Below are positions 34,908 to 46,310 of a stretch of DNA of 64,000 nucleotides, piece after piece. The stretch's first letter is position 1. Every line of letters starts with the position of its first letter. This DNA comes from Amoebophrya sp. A120 (lineage: Eukaryota > Protista > Dinoflagellata): assembly GCA_905178155.1 (NCBI GenBank), contig CAJINV010000001.1:13656664-13720663 (forward strand). Direction: 5' to 3'. The notes beneath the pieces were generated by a model. It was not told the origin of the DNA and did not search any database. It saw only the letters and a program-made list of their open reading frames with translations. The translations under genes and the position numbers were made by a program.

Positions 34908-37421
34908 ATGCGTCGTGGAGGAAGATACACGGACAAGAAGGAGGTGCAAGAGCACGTGAAGGAAGTGAAGCGGCAAGCAACCAAGGACCGACTGATGACG
35001 GAGGCGCTGGAGGAGCTGGACCGTACGCCTACCACCCCGGCGTCCTCGACGACCGCTGGTTTTGGCATGTCGGACGTCGACGACTCGCCCACCAGCACGG
35101 GACGATCGCAGTTCCAGCAGGCGTTTGGGAATGTCGGGTTGCAGAAAGTGCAGCAAGTGTTGGACGAGGTTGCGTCCTCCTCCTCCACCACCGCCAGCTG
35201 CCCGTTCCTGTCGCGAGACAACAGCCGGGAACAGTTGCTGGGGGTGTTGCCCGATAATAAAGTTGCGCCTGCTGGTGCAGCACCAGCTTCCAGTGAAGAA
35301 GCGCAAGTGGTTCCTCATCTTCCGGAGCAGGAGCCGACCACACCTGCTTCGCCGTTGCCGGAACAAGTTGTGAAAAACAAGGAGCCCTACTGGGCAGGGC
35401 TGGAGCTCGAGGACAAAAAGGGCATTCGCTGTGTGGAACACCTGCAATCTGCCGCGTGGACGGAAGTGGCGAAAGCGGTGCGGGATTCTCTGTCCGACGA
35501 CTCCGTGCCATGGCCGGAAAAGAGCTGGGGCCCGAAGTACATCCGCAACTGCATCCACAGCTGCATCACCTACTCCAAAAAGGACAACACCGGCGGGTTG
35601 GAGGGCGCGACCATGCGGTTCTGCCCAGAAAGCACCGAGGCCCACAACCGCGGTTTGCCGCAGGTAAGTACTCATACGCAATGTAGAGCTTCACCGAAGA
35701 AGACGTTTTGCCGGAATCAATAGCTTTGTGGCAGTAGTGCGTGAGCCTTAGACTTCTTGAATAGATTTACAAAGCAAGACGAATTCATTATACAGAGTGC
35801 TTTTTTTTGCGCTCTGTCGTACCAGCAACTCGACGATCAAAACGTTGCATTTCATTAATCCAAAGAACCAAATCATCAACTACACCTTATCAGGCCCACA
35901 AGCGTTTGGAGACTACGGTGAAGAAGAAGTTTCCCTGGGTTTCGTTCGCGGATCTGTTTGCCCTCGGCGCGTGCGTCGCGATCGAGGTTGCCGGCGGCCC
36001 GGTGATTCCGCTTTCCGTCGGTCGCAAGGACAGCGACGGGAAGGTGCTCGTGAACACGGACATCGCGAAGCCCCCCGTGCAGCCGGGCCGGCTGCCCTAC
36101 GCGGAGTACGGAGAATACCTGGATGAGGAGGACGAGCTGGTGTTGATCCAGTCCCAGATGACCAAGAAGTTACTCGACACGGTCGGGCTCACCCCGCAAA
36201 TGATGGTGTGCCTGATCTGCGGCGGCCACGCGTTCGGGCGGTGCCACCGCGAAACGTCGGGGTACAGCGGACCGTGGCAGCGCACCCCGGGCGTGTTCAA
36301 CAACAGTATGGCCACCGGTCTGTTGCACGAGAAGTGGCGGCTGGTGAACAGTCGGGTCTTTTGCCACAAGGAGGACGGCACGGCGTATTTCGACGGGGAG
36401 GCGGTGGAGACCGAAGAGAAGAAACGTGAACTCGCCGCGCGGGGCGGGTGTCCGGTCGAGTTTGAGGGCGCCCCGATCCCGGAAAAGTGCCCGTACAACC
36501 CGGAGCAGCTCGCCGAGATGAAGCAGAAGTGGAAGAATTGCACCGGGGACGAAACCAAGTGCCCCTTTCTGCTCGCCAACCCGGAGCTGCAGCCGCGCGG
36601 AATCCGCCGGCAGTACGTCAACGAGGACGACACCATCATGATGTTAATGTCCGACATGTGTCTGTTGAAGCACCCGGAGTGGCGAAAGTGGCTGGAGTAC
36701 TACGCGGAGGACGAAAGCCAGTTCCGTGAGGACTTCGCGCTCTTCTTCAAGGCCGCCACAGAACTCGGCTGGAAGGACCAGAGCCGAAGAGACGACGGGA
36801 AAGCGCTGCTGTCGGAGGAGGCCCTGGAACAGGAATTGCGTACCTCGGTGGAATCAGACGCTTCTTGCAAGAATAAATTACTCTCGGAACACTCCACCCG
36901 AGCACCAAGCAGTGAGAACCTGAATCGAACAGCAACTGCAGAGTTGTCCGAAGCAGATGAGCAAGCTTTCTCTTCATCGACTGGCTCTTCACCAGCAACA
37001 TCAGGTACAAGTACTACACAAAAAAAGGTGAACACACAGCTTTCCTTCACGGCGGTGCAAAAGAGAGCAGACAAGGCAAAGGACTGGCTCAAGCGCTATC
37101 AAATGCAAAAAGTGTCTGGGTCTGGAAGATTTTGAGATTTGTCATGCTTGTCTGGCATGACCAAAAAGTTTGTGATGCGTGTCCAAGAAGAGACCCTTTT
37201 GCCTGTCATGCGAAAACGCAGTTTGTCATGCGAAAAACGCAACAATTTCTCATGCTTGCCTGTGCATTACAGAGCATTTACTATTCCCAACGCAGCATTA
37301 CAAGTTTCCAGACCCAGACATTTTTGCATTTGATAAGTGTGGGCTGGACACCATTCCGAAGATGGCCCTGCGCGAGCTCGGCGAATGGGTCTGCTGCCGC
37401 GAGGAAGGATATTATTTGTGA
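34908..37421 (+). CDS. class I heme peroxidase (APX/cytochrome c peroxidase family); exons 34908-35663, 35894-37096, 37341-37421
   Basis: Motifs R..IH..TY..TGG..GATMRF.PE...HN.GL, VSFADLFAL, GGP.IP..VGRKD, GGHAFGRCH..SGYSGPW and MLMSD. GT-AG intron at 35664-35893. Confidence 0.9.
37097..37335. mobile_element. introner-like element, family A
   Basis: TIR TATCAAATGCAAAAAGTGTCTGGGTCTGGAA / TTCCAGACCCAGACATTTTTGCATTTGATA; imperfect DR AGCGC/AGTGT; removal adds an in-frame 26-codon tail. Confidence 0.88.
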
Positions 37422-39674
37422 TTCCGAGCTGTGTCGTGGTTCCGTTTGATATAAGCACCCTATTAATCACGGCGCACGGGCACTTGGTATCATTCGACAC
37501 TTTGCAGCTGACACGATTTTTTTACACAAAATGGAGTACGAGTAGTTTGTTGTTTCGAGTAGATTACATCACCTCTTTAGCATTTACAGTTTCGATGTAA
37601 AAAAACAGAAGAATGGATGACACGGGCAGTAAATCTTGCCCGAGGTTTCTCTTCTTCAAAAAAAAAAACGAGAACTACAGATCACTTTTGTATACTCGTG
37701 TAGGATCATCACTTATCATTTTCATCTAGCTGCATGGTGTAGTGGCGACCGGATTTTATCCGGATGCATGTCACTCACTTACAACCCTTTTTGAACATTT
37801 TACTGCTAGTCGAAAATAAGTGCACAGAACTCAAGACAGTTTGCTCATCCCTAAGACACGAGGAATTTCCAGCTACAAGAACTACCTTGATGGCCATCAG
37901 AAGACTTGGTGGATAGGCGTAGACATTGGTATGGGGAAAAACAAAAAGTAAACTGAAATGTAAGATCGGGTAGAAGATGAATTGCGACCACAGATTTATT
38001 TGTGGAATCGGTTCTTGTCCGCAACCCAACGTTGCGGTTCAAGCCTATTTCGACAAGTGCGTGGCGCAAAATCAACCGCAGAATCGATTCTTGAAGTCAT
38101 AAAATATAGCAATTATTACTACGTCAACAAATCACCACAATTTTCTAAAACCACTACAAAAAGCCCCCTTAGCACAAACCTCTTGAAAAACTCGTTGCAA
38201 TAGAATTGTTTCTGGTCTCGCAAGTGGATGGAAAAGTAAAGAACGAAGTCTGCATAGTATCGTACTCTCGCGAATGTGTAGTACGGAGTGCATGCATAGA
38301 AGATGAGTCGTACATTCACGACGTATGATCTGCTCGTCTATTTCTAATTCTACGAGAAAGAAAAAGTTTAGTCCTAACAGCTAGGAGAACCTGAGCGCTC
38401 TTCTTTTCGCTGCGTCTAGCTTGTCTTCGTAGAATTCAACATTGACTCAGATTTACTACCTACTTCCAACAATCGAAGAAAAGAGATTCTCTCAAGGAGA
38501 CTCCCGTTTTTATCCGATCATCTTAGTGGAGTTGTACTGTACAATGTATGCACAGATTTACTCTTTATCTGAATGTTGCATGGAGTGGACCACGAAGATG
38601 TGAGAAAAAGTGACGGACAGAAACTAACAAAAGCACGAGCAAAGACAAAAGCCGCTGGAGCTCTCAGTTCATTCTGAGGGCGCCAACAAGTAAACGTAGT
38701 ATGATCATGTGCCCAAAAGTATCTTCAGCGAGTTGGAAAAAAATAAAAAACAGAAAAGTCCTCTGGGTGTAATCATCGCCTCTAAGCAGGCCATACACCG
38801 GCACAACGGAAGATGATGAAATTTCTTTAGTTGTAAGTCGATGCAGTTTAATCATTGCATCTGTTTGTCTTTTCGGTGTCTCTCTATTTCCTCGTCGGTC
38901 TGAACAGGAGTCAGTCTTTCTTGATCAATATAATTGTCTTTGCTAGAAGACGAGCTGATATCGGTGTGGTCAAGAATGGACGATCGGTACAGCGACGGTT
39001 TCCTGCCCAAATGAATCCGTCGTCGGTGGAACGATATTTCAATTTTCTGGTCGTTTCGGTTCTAGCATTTGCAACAAATGAAATACATCTCGACGGCGCT
39101 GACGACCGTGGGCTTTTTTTTGTGCTTCTGGCTTCCTTTGCTGAAAGAAGTACCGGTCGAAGAGGATGATAAAGCCGTTTTGTCGGTGCGAAGCTGAGGT
39201 CCTCTAGAAAAAGAACCAATATCAAGATGCATCATCGTGGCAAACTTTTGATGTGCGATGATTTGGTTTTACCTGATTCGAAATTCCAGTCATCCTACTT
39301 ACCTTGGTTTTTGTCGTATGACGTTTATTGCGCCATGATTACCTGCCGTATACGAAGGAAACCCAAGCCCAAGCGTGGTTTGAGGTAGGTTTAGGATGGC
39401 TTGTTTTCAGCATCTTTTTATTCCAAAACTAAAACACAAACGGCAATTGAGCCTTGTTTGATTTTCTGAAGTTGCTTTCTTTGCGATCATCTCGGGATTG
39501 CCGATTTGCTTCATCTATTCAAATCGATATTGACGTAATTTGACGCGCCACCAAGCTGGTCGTGTGTAGCTAGAAGAACCAGGTAGAACCAGAGATCGAA
39601 GCCGTATTGCGTCGCGGAATTTCCATTGGCTTTGTCGGCGTACAACAACAAGGGTGTACTAGTAGTACCTACCT

Positions 39675-42600
39675 TTGCAGCCTAGTATCAGCACCTGCCT
39701 CCACCAGCACCTCCCCTCGGACTACTTGCCCAGCATGGTGACCGCGAACGAGATTCGGTACGCGAACTTCGACGTGAAGCTGTACTCGCCGGGATTTGTC
39801 CTTTACTACATACTCTGGCTGGTTGTGATCCCACTCTCGGTCTGGTACCGCAACTGGCACTACAGCAAGCGGCGAACGACGACCGGGCACCGCGTGGTGG
39901 TGTCGCGCGAGGAGGTGGATCTGGGCGAGAAGCCCGGCACGGTCCGGAAAGAGGTGCTGATCCAGTGCGGGTACCGGGACTGCTTCCGCGGGACGCTGGT
40001 GTTCACCGCCTGGTGCGTCTTGCACGGGTACGCCACTTTGGTCGTGTTTGCCGCGTGGATGGGGCGCATTCAACCGCGGAGCTTCCTCGGGCTCTTCAAC
40101 AACGTCTTTTGGCTCAACTTCTGCAACGGCACGCCCTGCAACCCGTTGCCGAACCCGGATTTTACCAATCTGAAGTTTTTCTTCCTGATCTGGTTCATCG
40201 TCTCGGTGGTTGGGTTCATCGTGCTCTCCCGTTTCTGGCGGGAAATCAACAATTTTTTCCGCGAGCCGGTCCCCCTGGGAGAGGCCGATCTGGTGGTCAT
40301 CCGGGAGTTCATGATCGACAGCAATCCGAACAGCAGCCTGGTTCTCGACGAGAGCGAGGAGGGCAACCGCTTGAGTCGGCTGGAGCAAGATGCGAACGGG
40401 TCGTATGAAGTTGAGCAGGACGACGAAATAGATGAGTTTAAGAACGCAGGTCGTGGTCCTCGTCTTTCAGGTCAACGACAACAACAAAACAGCCCGCTGT
40501 TACCCCCCGGGCGTCGCACGTCGGCGCATTGGCGGGAGCGCACGGGGGACACTTTTGTCTTGTCCAATGTGCGGCAGATGTGCAGGGTTGACACGATGGC
40601 GGACGCGCAAACGAAGATGATTAACTACGAGTCGCTGGAGCTGCTGTTCGACGGCGAGGCCTACCGGCCGCCCGCAACGGACGCTGCCGGCTGCTCTCTG
40701 GCGGAGCTGCGGGCAAAGATGCCGCGGCCGATCACCGCAGCGGAGATTCGGCACGTGGCGCGGCGGACCGCGTTGACGAAGCAAGCCACCTCGGACGGGC
40801 TCGCATCGAAAATGTTGTCGCGCAGTTATTCCGCAACGGAGGGTGAGAGAGCGAGTGACGACGAGGACGGTTTCTATGCTACCGAGCAGCCGTGGGACAC
40901 GGTACCGAAGAACGAGCTGAAGATCGCGGTGCCCAGCTTTTGCTGGCTCGTCGGGTGTGAGCTGGTCATTGTGATCAACATCTGGCAGATGGCGCGCGCA
41001 GTGCAAGCGGGCATGAACAGCAGTCCGGCGCTGACCTTCCTCCCGTTGATTATGACGATGCTGCAGATTTTCTACATCGCCTGGACCAAACGGCGGGGTG
41101 CGATCGAGCTGCGCGACTCGGCGCAGATTCCGCAGTGTCGACTGCGCATCTGGCGCACCATGCCCAGCGGCGAGGTGCGGCACGTGGAAGCTTTGTCCAT
41201 CGACTTGCAGCCCGGTGACTTGTTCGAGCTCCCCACGGCTGCGACGGTGCCCTGCGACTGCGTGTTGGTCGAGGGATTCGCGCTAATCGACGAATCCGAT
41301 CTGACGGGCGAGCCGCTGCCCATCGCCAAGATGCCGCTCGAGCGCCGGGCGGACGAGACGCTGGACCTGAAAAAGCACGGCAAGCGCCACGTGATCTACT
41401 CAGGCACCACGATTATCCAGTCCGAGGGCCCCAGTGTGCCCCCGCCCGTGGCGGCAGCCGCACCCCTCTTCCAGAACGTCCTCCCCTTGTCCTCTTTTCG
41501 CGGAGGCACTAATATCAACAAGGACCGCGGGGACAACTCCAGCGTGCAGACTCCCACGTTCCTGTCTCCCGCCGTGACACCTGATCGGGTGTCGATGGTA
41601 GAGAGAGAACAAGCGGAACATTCGCGTGGACCTCATGCCAGCGACCACAGCGACCCAAACAACTCGGATAGTGACAGTTCAAATTCGCCTCGTGGGTCGC
41701 TCGGGAAGATCGGCAAGAGCGGGTTCTTGAAAAGCAACGGCGGCGCCATTGCGTACGTGATGAAGACGGGCGGGAACACGTACAAGGGCGCGATGACGCG
41801 GAAAATTATGTACCCGACGACGGTGAAATACAAGTTTGAGGACAACATGTACGTCCTCTTGATCGGCACCGTCGTCGTGCTGATGCTGTTGATGCTGGTT
41901 CCCGGGATCGTGAAGGGCGCCGCGACCCCGAGGATGTTTTACCAGTACCTCGTCGACGGGCTGTACGACTCTTTTTTGCTCGCTTTTTTGGTGATCAACC
42001 CCGGCGTCTTAGTCGGCCTGATCGTCGCTCAGAGCAGCGCGGCCGCCCGCATGGAGCTGAAGTCGGTGTTTGGGATTCGCACGCTGGAATTCAACCGGCT
42101 GGTGATGGCCGGAGAGCTGAGCATTCAGTGTCTGGACAAAACGGGCACCATCACGGAGGAGGGCCTGCGGCTGTCCGCCGTGCAGGGGGTCAGCGAGGGG
42201 GGTTCGTCGGTGGAGGTGTTGGGCGAGCGGGACGCGCGGCTGGGCCTGCAGGTGTACAACGACAGCAGCAAGCGCACGCTGTTCGAGATCGGGCTCAGCA
42301 CGTGTCACACGGTGCAGCAGGACGCGGAGACCGGGGAGCTGCAGGGCAACGCGGTGGAGGTGGAGATGGTCAATTTTGCGCACGGGGACCAGCTGCAGTT
42401 TCGCAAGGGGGAAACCGCCGGCACGAACGGGATCGAGTACTACGACGAAAAGACCGGGAGCCAGCACTTCCAGTCCGTTCGCCAGTTTGAGTTCGACGCC
42501 AGCGTGCAGCTGCAGTCCGTGCTGGTCGAGCAGTCCGCCAGTGCGAAGGACAACGCGTTCGTGGTGTTCACCAAGGGCTCCTTCGAGTCCGTGTCGAAGC

Positions 42601-45600
42601 GGTGCAAGCCGGACACCATCCCGGCCACCGCCGGGGCGCTCGCGAAGGAAAAGGCACTCCAGGGCTTCTACGTCTTGTCAATGGCCACGCGGCGCTACGA
42701 CGCGCCGAGCCGGCAGTACGCGGTCGAGAAGGTGACGCGCCAGGAGCTGGAGCAGGACCTGACGTTTCTCGGCTTTCTGCACTTCCGCAACGAGATCAAG
42801 CCCGACTCCGCGGCGGCACTGGCGGAACTGCGCAACGCGAACATTCGGTTGGTCATGATCACGGGCGATAACCTGTGGACCGGAGTGCAGGTGGGGCTGC
42901 GCTCGGGGCTGGTACCCGGCAACGCGGTCATCCTCGCGGCTGACTTGGTATCCAATGCCGCAGCCGACCGGGCCACGGTCGCCGCGACGGGCCGCGCCAC
43001 CACCCAGCAGCAGCTCGGCGGGCGAAAAAGAACGCGAGATGTAGCGTCGCCCCCGCCGCAAATGCTCCAGTCGCTCCGGGAGTCCCACTACGACGAGTGG
43101 GTGGGGAGCGGCGCCCCGGAGGTGGACGTCGACCCCCTGCGGGACAGTCAGGCCCAGCGGCCGGCGTTGGCATCGGGCCTGGAGAGCTACGCGGAAAGCG
43201 AAGCGCGGGTCTCGCGGCCGAAGCCGTCGTTGTCGCGCTTGCTGTCCGACATCCCGCAGACGGTGCTGCACTGGAACTACATCCAGCGCGAGGACGAGAA
43301 GTACGCGGATGATTTTGCCGCGCTGATCCGGCCGAGCGGAAGCTCAGCGTACCGACCGAAGCTTGGCTACGTCGGCGACGGCCCCGAGGTGCACAGGCCG
43401 GTTCCGCGGGTCGACGCCGCGCGAGTTCTTGGCGGTGGTCTTCACGACCGCACGCCGGCCACCGGGAGGGTGAAGCAGGAGGGCAAGCAAATCGTGGTCG
43501 CGGTGAGCGAGGCGGCGCTGCTGTTTCTCAAGGCCGAGGACCAGGACTTGGCGGACTTCTTGCACGACAAAATCGCGGTGTACGGCCGCGCAACCCCGGG
43601 CGGCAAAGTCTCCGTCGTGCGGTCCATGCAGGCGGGGGGCAACATCGTGGGCATGTGCGGGGACGGCGGCAATGACGCGCCGGCGCTGCGCGCCGCCCAC
43701 GCCGGCATGGCACTGTCCGGCGGCGAAAAGTCCATGGTCGGGAGCTTTGTCTCTCCGAGCAGTTCCCTGTTCGGGTTATCGGAGCTAGTGCGCCAGGGCC
43801 GGTGCTGCGTGGTGACGTCGGTGAGTGTGATGCAGGTGGCCATCCTGTGCGGGGTCGTGGGACTCATTTTCCGCCTAATAGTCACGCTGATGGGTGGCTG
43901 CATGGGATTTTACGACCAGATCTTGGCGGAGATCCTGCTCGGCACCGTTTTTGCGGTGGTGGTCACCGTCAACGTGTCACCGGCTGCCACCGCAAGAATC
44001 CTGCTGAAGAAGTACCACAGAAGTGATGCGAAGCCAGACAGCAAGAGCTCTTGTAGTACATGTTGCGGCGGAAGGAATTCCAAAAGAGATGACAACATGC
44101 AGTCCAAAGAGCACGAGCCCACGGAGCACGAGAAGGAGGAAGAAGAGCGCGGCAAGGCGCTGGAGCGCGCCAAGCTGCAGCCGGGTGTGGTGTTGTCCTC
44201 TTCGCGGCCGAACGGGGATTTACTTTCCTGCACAAAGGTGACCACTCTGGTCAGTATCGCGGTTGCGTTAGCGATCTTCGCCGCGGCCATCTGCGTGATG
44301 CACCGATCGCAAAGCTGGAGTCAGATCCGGTCGCTGTACGAATTGCGGTTGGAGCAGCAGACGAACTACTTCCGGGGAAATATGTTTCCGGTGGGGCTGG
44401 CTTTCTGGTTCTACATGACCAGCATGTTCGTCCTGGTCACAACGCTCAGTTTCGACGCGCTGCGCTACCGCACCTGGTTCTTCAAGACGATTTCCTGGTG
44501 GTTTTACGCGGCCTTCTGCTTCGCAGTACTCGCCATCTACTTTACAGCCAACAACTGGTACAATGGCTGGTTCAACAAGTTCATCGACAACAAGCACGCC
44601 TGGCAGTACATTGAGGAAAATCCGGGCAAGTGGTTAAAATCCATGCTACCCGTAGACGTTGACGTGCGGGCCGAATTTCATTGGTTTCTGCGCCGCGACC
44701 CGGAGCAGGCTTTCACGGTCGACCCCTCAGCGTTGATCTACACGGTCACCCAGCCGCTGCAGCCGCCCATGCCGGGAAACGATAATAGAAGTAGTTTTGC
44801 TCAAACGTCGCCGCACCACGGGCCCGCAGCAGCTTTTTTGGAGCGGGAGGGAGAGGAGCTGCTGTTTGCGACTGATGCTGATGATCCGACTGCTGAGCAG
44901 GCAGATTGGTCACATTGGTCCTCGACGAGCTATGCGACTTCATCTTCGCCCGAGGGTGCCGGGCGAGATCGGATGCAGGCACAGATATTGAGTGCTGGTT
45001 CGAGTAGTAGCTTCATCCAGAGAAGAAAGAGAAATAAGGTGAAAATTGCCGTTGACGAGGACCCCTCTCCGGCACCAACGGGTCCGCCCCTCCCCCGGCC
45101 GGTGAATAATGGGGAGTCCCGCGTGGCGGACTACGAGGGCGCGGCCGTAGATTTTGCATCCCAAGACATGGCAGCGAAGGCGAGCCAGCTGTTGGGACAA
45201 TTCTACGCCGCCGCGGCTAAAGTTGGGTTAAAACCGCCACCGTCTGCTTCCCCGGAAGAACATCACACGCTCGTCGCGCAGATCCACAGCTACCGAGATC
45301 CGGATAATAGCAACACCAGGCCCGGGGCGGTCAGTGTGATGCTGCCAAAGGTAGATGAGTTGCTGTTCTCGCCGGCAAATGGCACGCTGGACGTCTGGGC
45401 ACAGAACAAGCCGGATCTGGTGTACCATTTCTGTCAGGAACTGTGCGAAGCCAGCTGGAAAGCGGGCGAGGATGCGTACAATGCCGGAATTGCGAAAAAC
45501 CGGTTTTACTGTTGGTATGTGGCCGTGTCAATGGTTCCCGGTTCAGACAGTATGTCATGTTTACTAGTTCCTCGGCTGGCCCAGCAGAGGCCTCTCGGGC

Positions 45601-46310
45601 CCGAATTGGAGCCTTACGTTCGAAGCGTGCTGAAGCCAACCGGGCAGTGGAATTTGGAAGCACCGCACAAGTACGACGCGACTGTGCCGCTGCCTTCCTA
45701 CGACCCCCTGATTATCAGACCAGCAAATGCAACCCTGGTCACGGAGGCAACGCCGTCGTGGGTACAGCTTTTTTCTGCTTTTGTTTTAATTTGTTCGTAC
45801 GATTTCTGCGCTACGTTGAGTGATCACCACAGTGCTAAAAGTTGTGAACCTTTTTTGGACGATTTGGATTTCGTCAGAAACAAAATTGTTCGTCGCAAAA
45901 AATCCTATGTTTGTAATCTTATCATCACAAAACAGACGGTGTTCTACGTGAATCGGCACAACGTGATCGGGTGGTATTCTATGACGACGCTCGGGGAGAG
46001 AGCGCCCGGGTCCTCGACTGTTGACCAGGGGTGCTGCGGGGATGAGACGCAGGAAGGGACGGCGAACGTGAACCCCAGCGGAGTGCTGGACCGGTCCCTG
46101 ACAAACACCGGGTACGCCCCAACGCCGGACTACTACCCCCGGGACGACTTTCAAGTGGAAGACGTGGATTGGTACCCGCAGGCGTACAGCAATTACCCCT
46201 CGGCGTGGCACACGCCCAACGACTACGTCGTGTACATGATGGGCTGCACCGCAGGGCTGTATATCGCGATTGTTCTCATTCTCATGCTGCAACTGATTCT
46301 AGAAAAGTAG
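39675..46310 (+). CDS. P5-type (ATP13A-like) P-type ATPase; true 5' exon(s) unresolved; probable in-frame GT-AG intron at 45762-45935
   Basis: LQPGD, VPCD..IDESDLTGE, CLDKTGT, FTKGS.E, MITGDN and MCGDGGNDAPAL. The ORF starts at an acceptor-like CTTTGCAG (39680). Confidence 0.92.
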   Translation: MQPSISTCLHQHLPSDYLPSMVTANEIRYANFDVKLYSPGFVLYYILWLVVIPLSVWYRNWHYSKRRTTTGHRVVVSREEVDLGEKPGTVRKEVLIQCGYRDCFRGTLVFTAWCVLHGYATLVVFAAWMGRIQPRSFLGLFNNVFWLNFCNGTPCNPLPNPDFTNLKFFFLIWFIVSVVGFIVLSRFWREINNFFREPVPLGEADLVVIREFMIDSNPNSSLVLDESEEGNRLSRLEQDANGSYEVEQDDEIDEFKNAGRGPRLSGQRQQQNSPLLPPGRRTSAHWRERTGDTFVLSNVRQMCRVDTMADAQTKMINYESLELLFDGEAYRPPATDAAGCSLAELRAKMPRPITAAEIRHVARRTALTKQATSDGLASKMLSRSYSATEGERASDDEDGFYATEQPWDTVPKNELKIAVPSFCWLVGCELVIVINIWQMARAVQAGMNSSPALTFLPLIMTMLQIFYIAWTKRRGAIELRDSAQIPQCRLRIWRTMPSGEVRHVEALSIDLQPGDLFELPTAATVPCDCVLVEGFALIDESDLTGEPLPIAKMPLERRADETLDLKKHGKRHVIYSGTTIIQSEGPSVPPPVAAAAPLFQNVLPLSSFRGGTNINKDRGDNSSVQTPTFLSPAVTPDRVSMVEREQAEHSRGPHASDHSDPNNSDSDSSNSPRGSLGKIGKSGFLKSNGGAIAYVMKTGGNTYKGAMTRKIMYPTTVKYKFEDNMYVLLIGTVVVLMLLMLVPGIVKGAATPRMFYQYLVDGLYDSFLLAFLVINPGVLVGLIVAQSSAAARMELKSVFGIRTLEFNRLVMAGELSIQCLDKTGTITEEGLRLSAVQGVSEGGSSVEVLGERDARLGLQVYNDSSKRTLFEIGLSTCHTVQQDAETGELQGNAVEVEMVNFAHGDQLQFRKGETAGTNGIEYYDEKTGSQHFQSVRQFEFDASVQLQSVLVEQSASAKDNAFVVFTKGSFESVSKRCKPDTIPATAGALAKEKALQGFYVLSMATRRYDAPSRQYAVEKVTRQELEQDLTFLGFLHFRNEIKPDSAAALAELRNANIRLVMITGDNLWTGVQVGLRSGLVPGNAVILAADLVSNAAADRATVAATGRATTQQQLGGRKRTRDVASPPPQMLQSLRESHYDEWVGSGAPEVDVDPLRDSQAQRPALASGLESYAESEARVSRPKPSLSRLLSDIPQTVLHWNYIQREDEKYADDFAALIRPSGSSAYRPKLGYVGDGPEVHRPVPRVDAARVLGGGLHDRTPATGRVKQEGKQIVVAVSEAALLFLKAEDQDLADFLHDKIAVYGRATPGGKVSVVRSMQAGGNIVGMCGDGGNDAPALRAAHAGMALSGGEKSMVGSFVSPSSSLFGLSELVRQGRCCVVTSVSVMQVAILCGVVGLIFRLIVTLMGGCMGFYDQILAEILLGTVFAVVVTVNVSPAATARILLKKYHRSDAKPDSKSSCSTCCGGRNSKRDDNMQSKEHEPTEHEKEEEERGKALERAKLQPGVVLSSSRPNGDLLSCTKVTTLVSIAVALAIFAAAICVMHRSQSWSQIRSLYELRLEQQTNYFRGNMFPVGLAFWFYMTSMFVLVTTLSFDALRYRTWFFKTISWWFYAAFCFAVLAIYFTANNWYNGWFNKFIDNKHAWQYIEENPGKWLKSMLPVDVDVRAEFHWFLRRDPEQAFTVDPSALIYTVTQPLQPPMPGNDNRSSFAQTSPHHGPAAAFLEREGEELLFATDADDPTAEQADWSHWSSTSYATSSSPEGAGRDRMQAQILSAGSSSSFIQRRKRNKVKIAVDEDPSPAPTGPPLPRPVNNGESRVADYEGAAVDFASQDMAAKASQLLGQFYAAAAKVGLKPPPSASPEEHHTLVAQIHSYRDPDNSNTRPGAVSVMLPKVDELLFSPANGTLDVWAQNKPDLVYHFCQELCEASWKAGEDAYNAGIAKNRFYCWYVAVSMVPGSDSMSCLLVPRLAQQRPLGPELEPYVRSVLKPTGQWNLEAPHKYDATVPLPSYDPLIIRPANATLVTEATPSWVQLFSAFVLICSYDFCATLSDHHSAKSCEPFLDDLDFVRNKIVRRKKSYVCNLIITKQTVFYVNRHNVIGWYSMTTLGERAPGSSTVDQGCCGDETQEGTANVNPSGVLDRSLTNTGYAPTPDYYPRDDFQVEDVDWYPQAYSNYPSAWHTPNDYVVYMMGCTAGLYIAIVLILMLQLILEK

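Noticed and set aside
40107-40118. TTTTGGCTCAA, resembling the dinoflagellate spliced-leader 3' end
   Set aside because: It lies inside ATPase coding sequence (FWLN) and is a short chance match.
45762-45935. Another TIR introner in the ATPase 3' region
   Set aside because: It has GT-AG ends, no TAT/ATA termini and no DR; it is better explained as an ordinary 174-nt in-frame intron.
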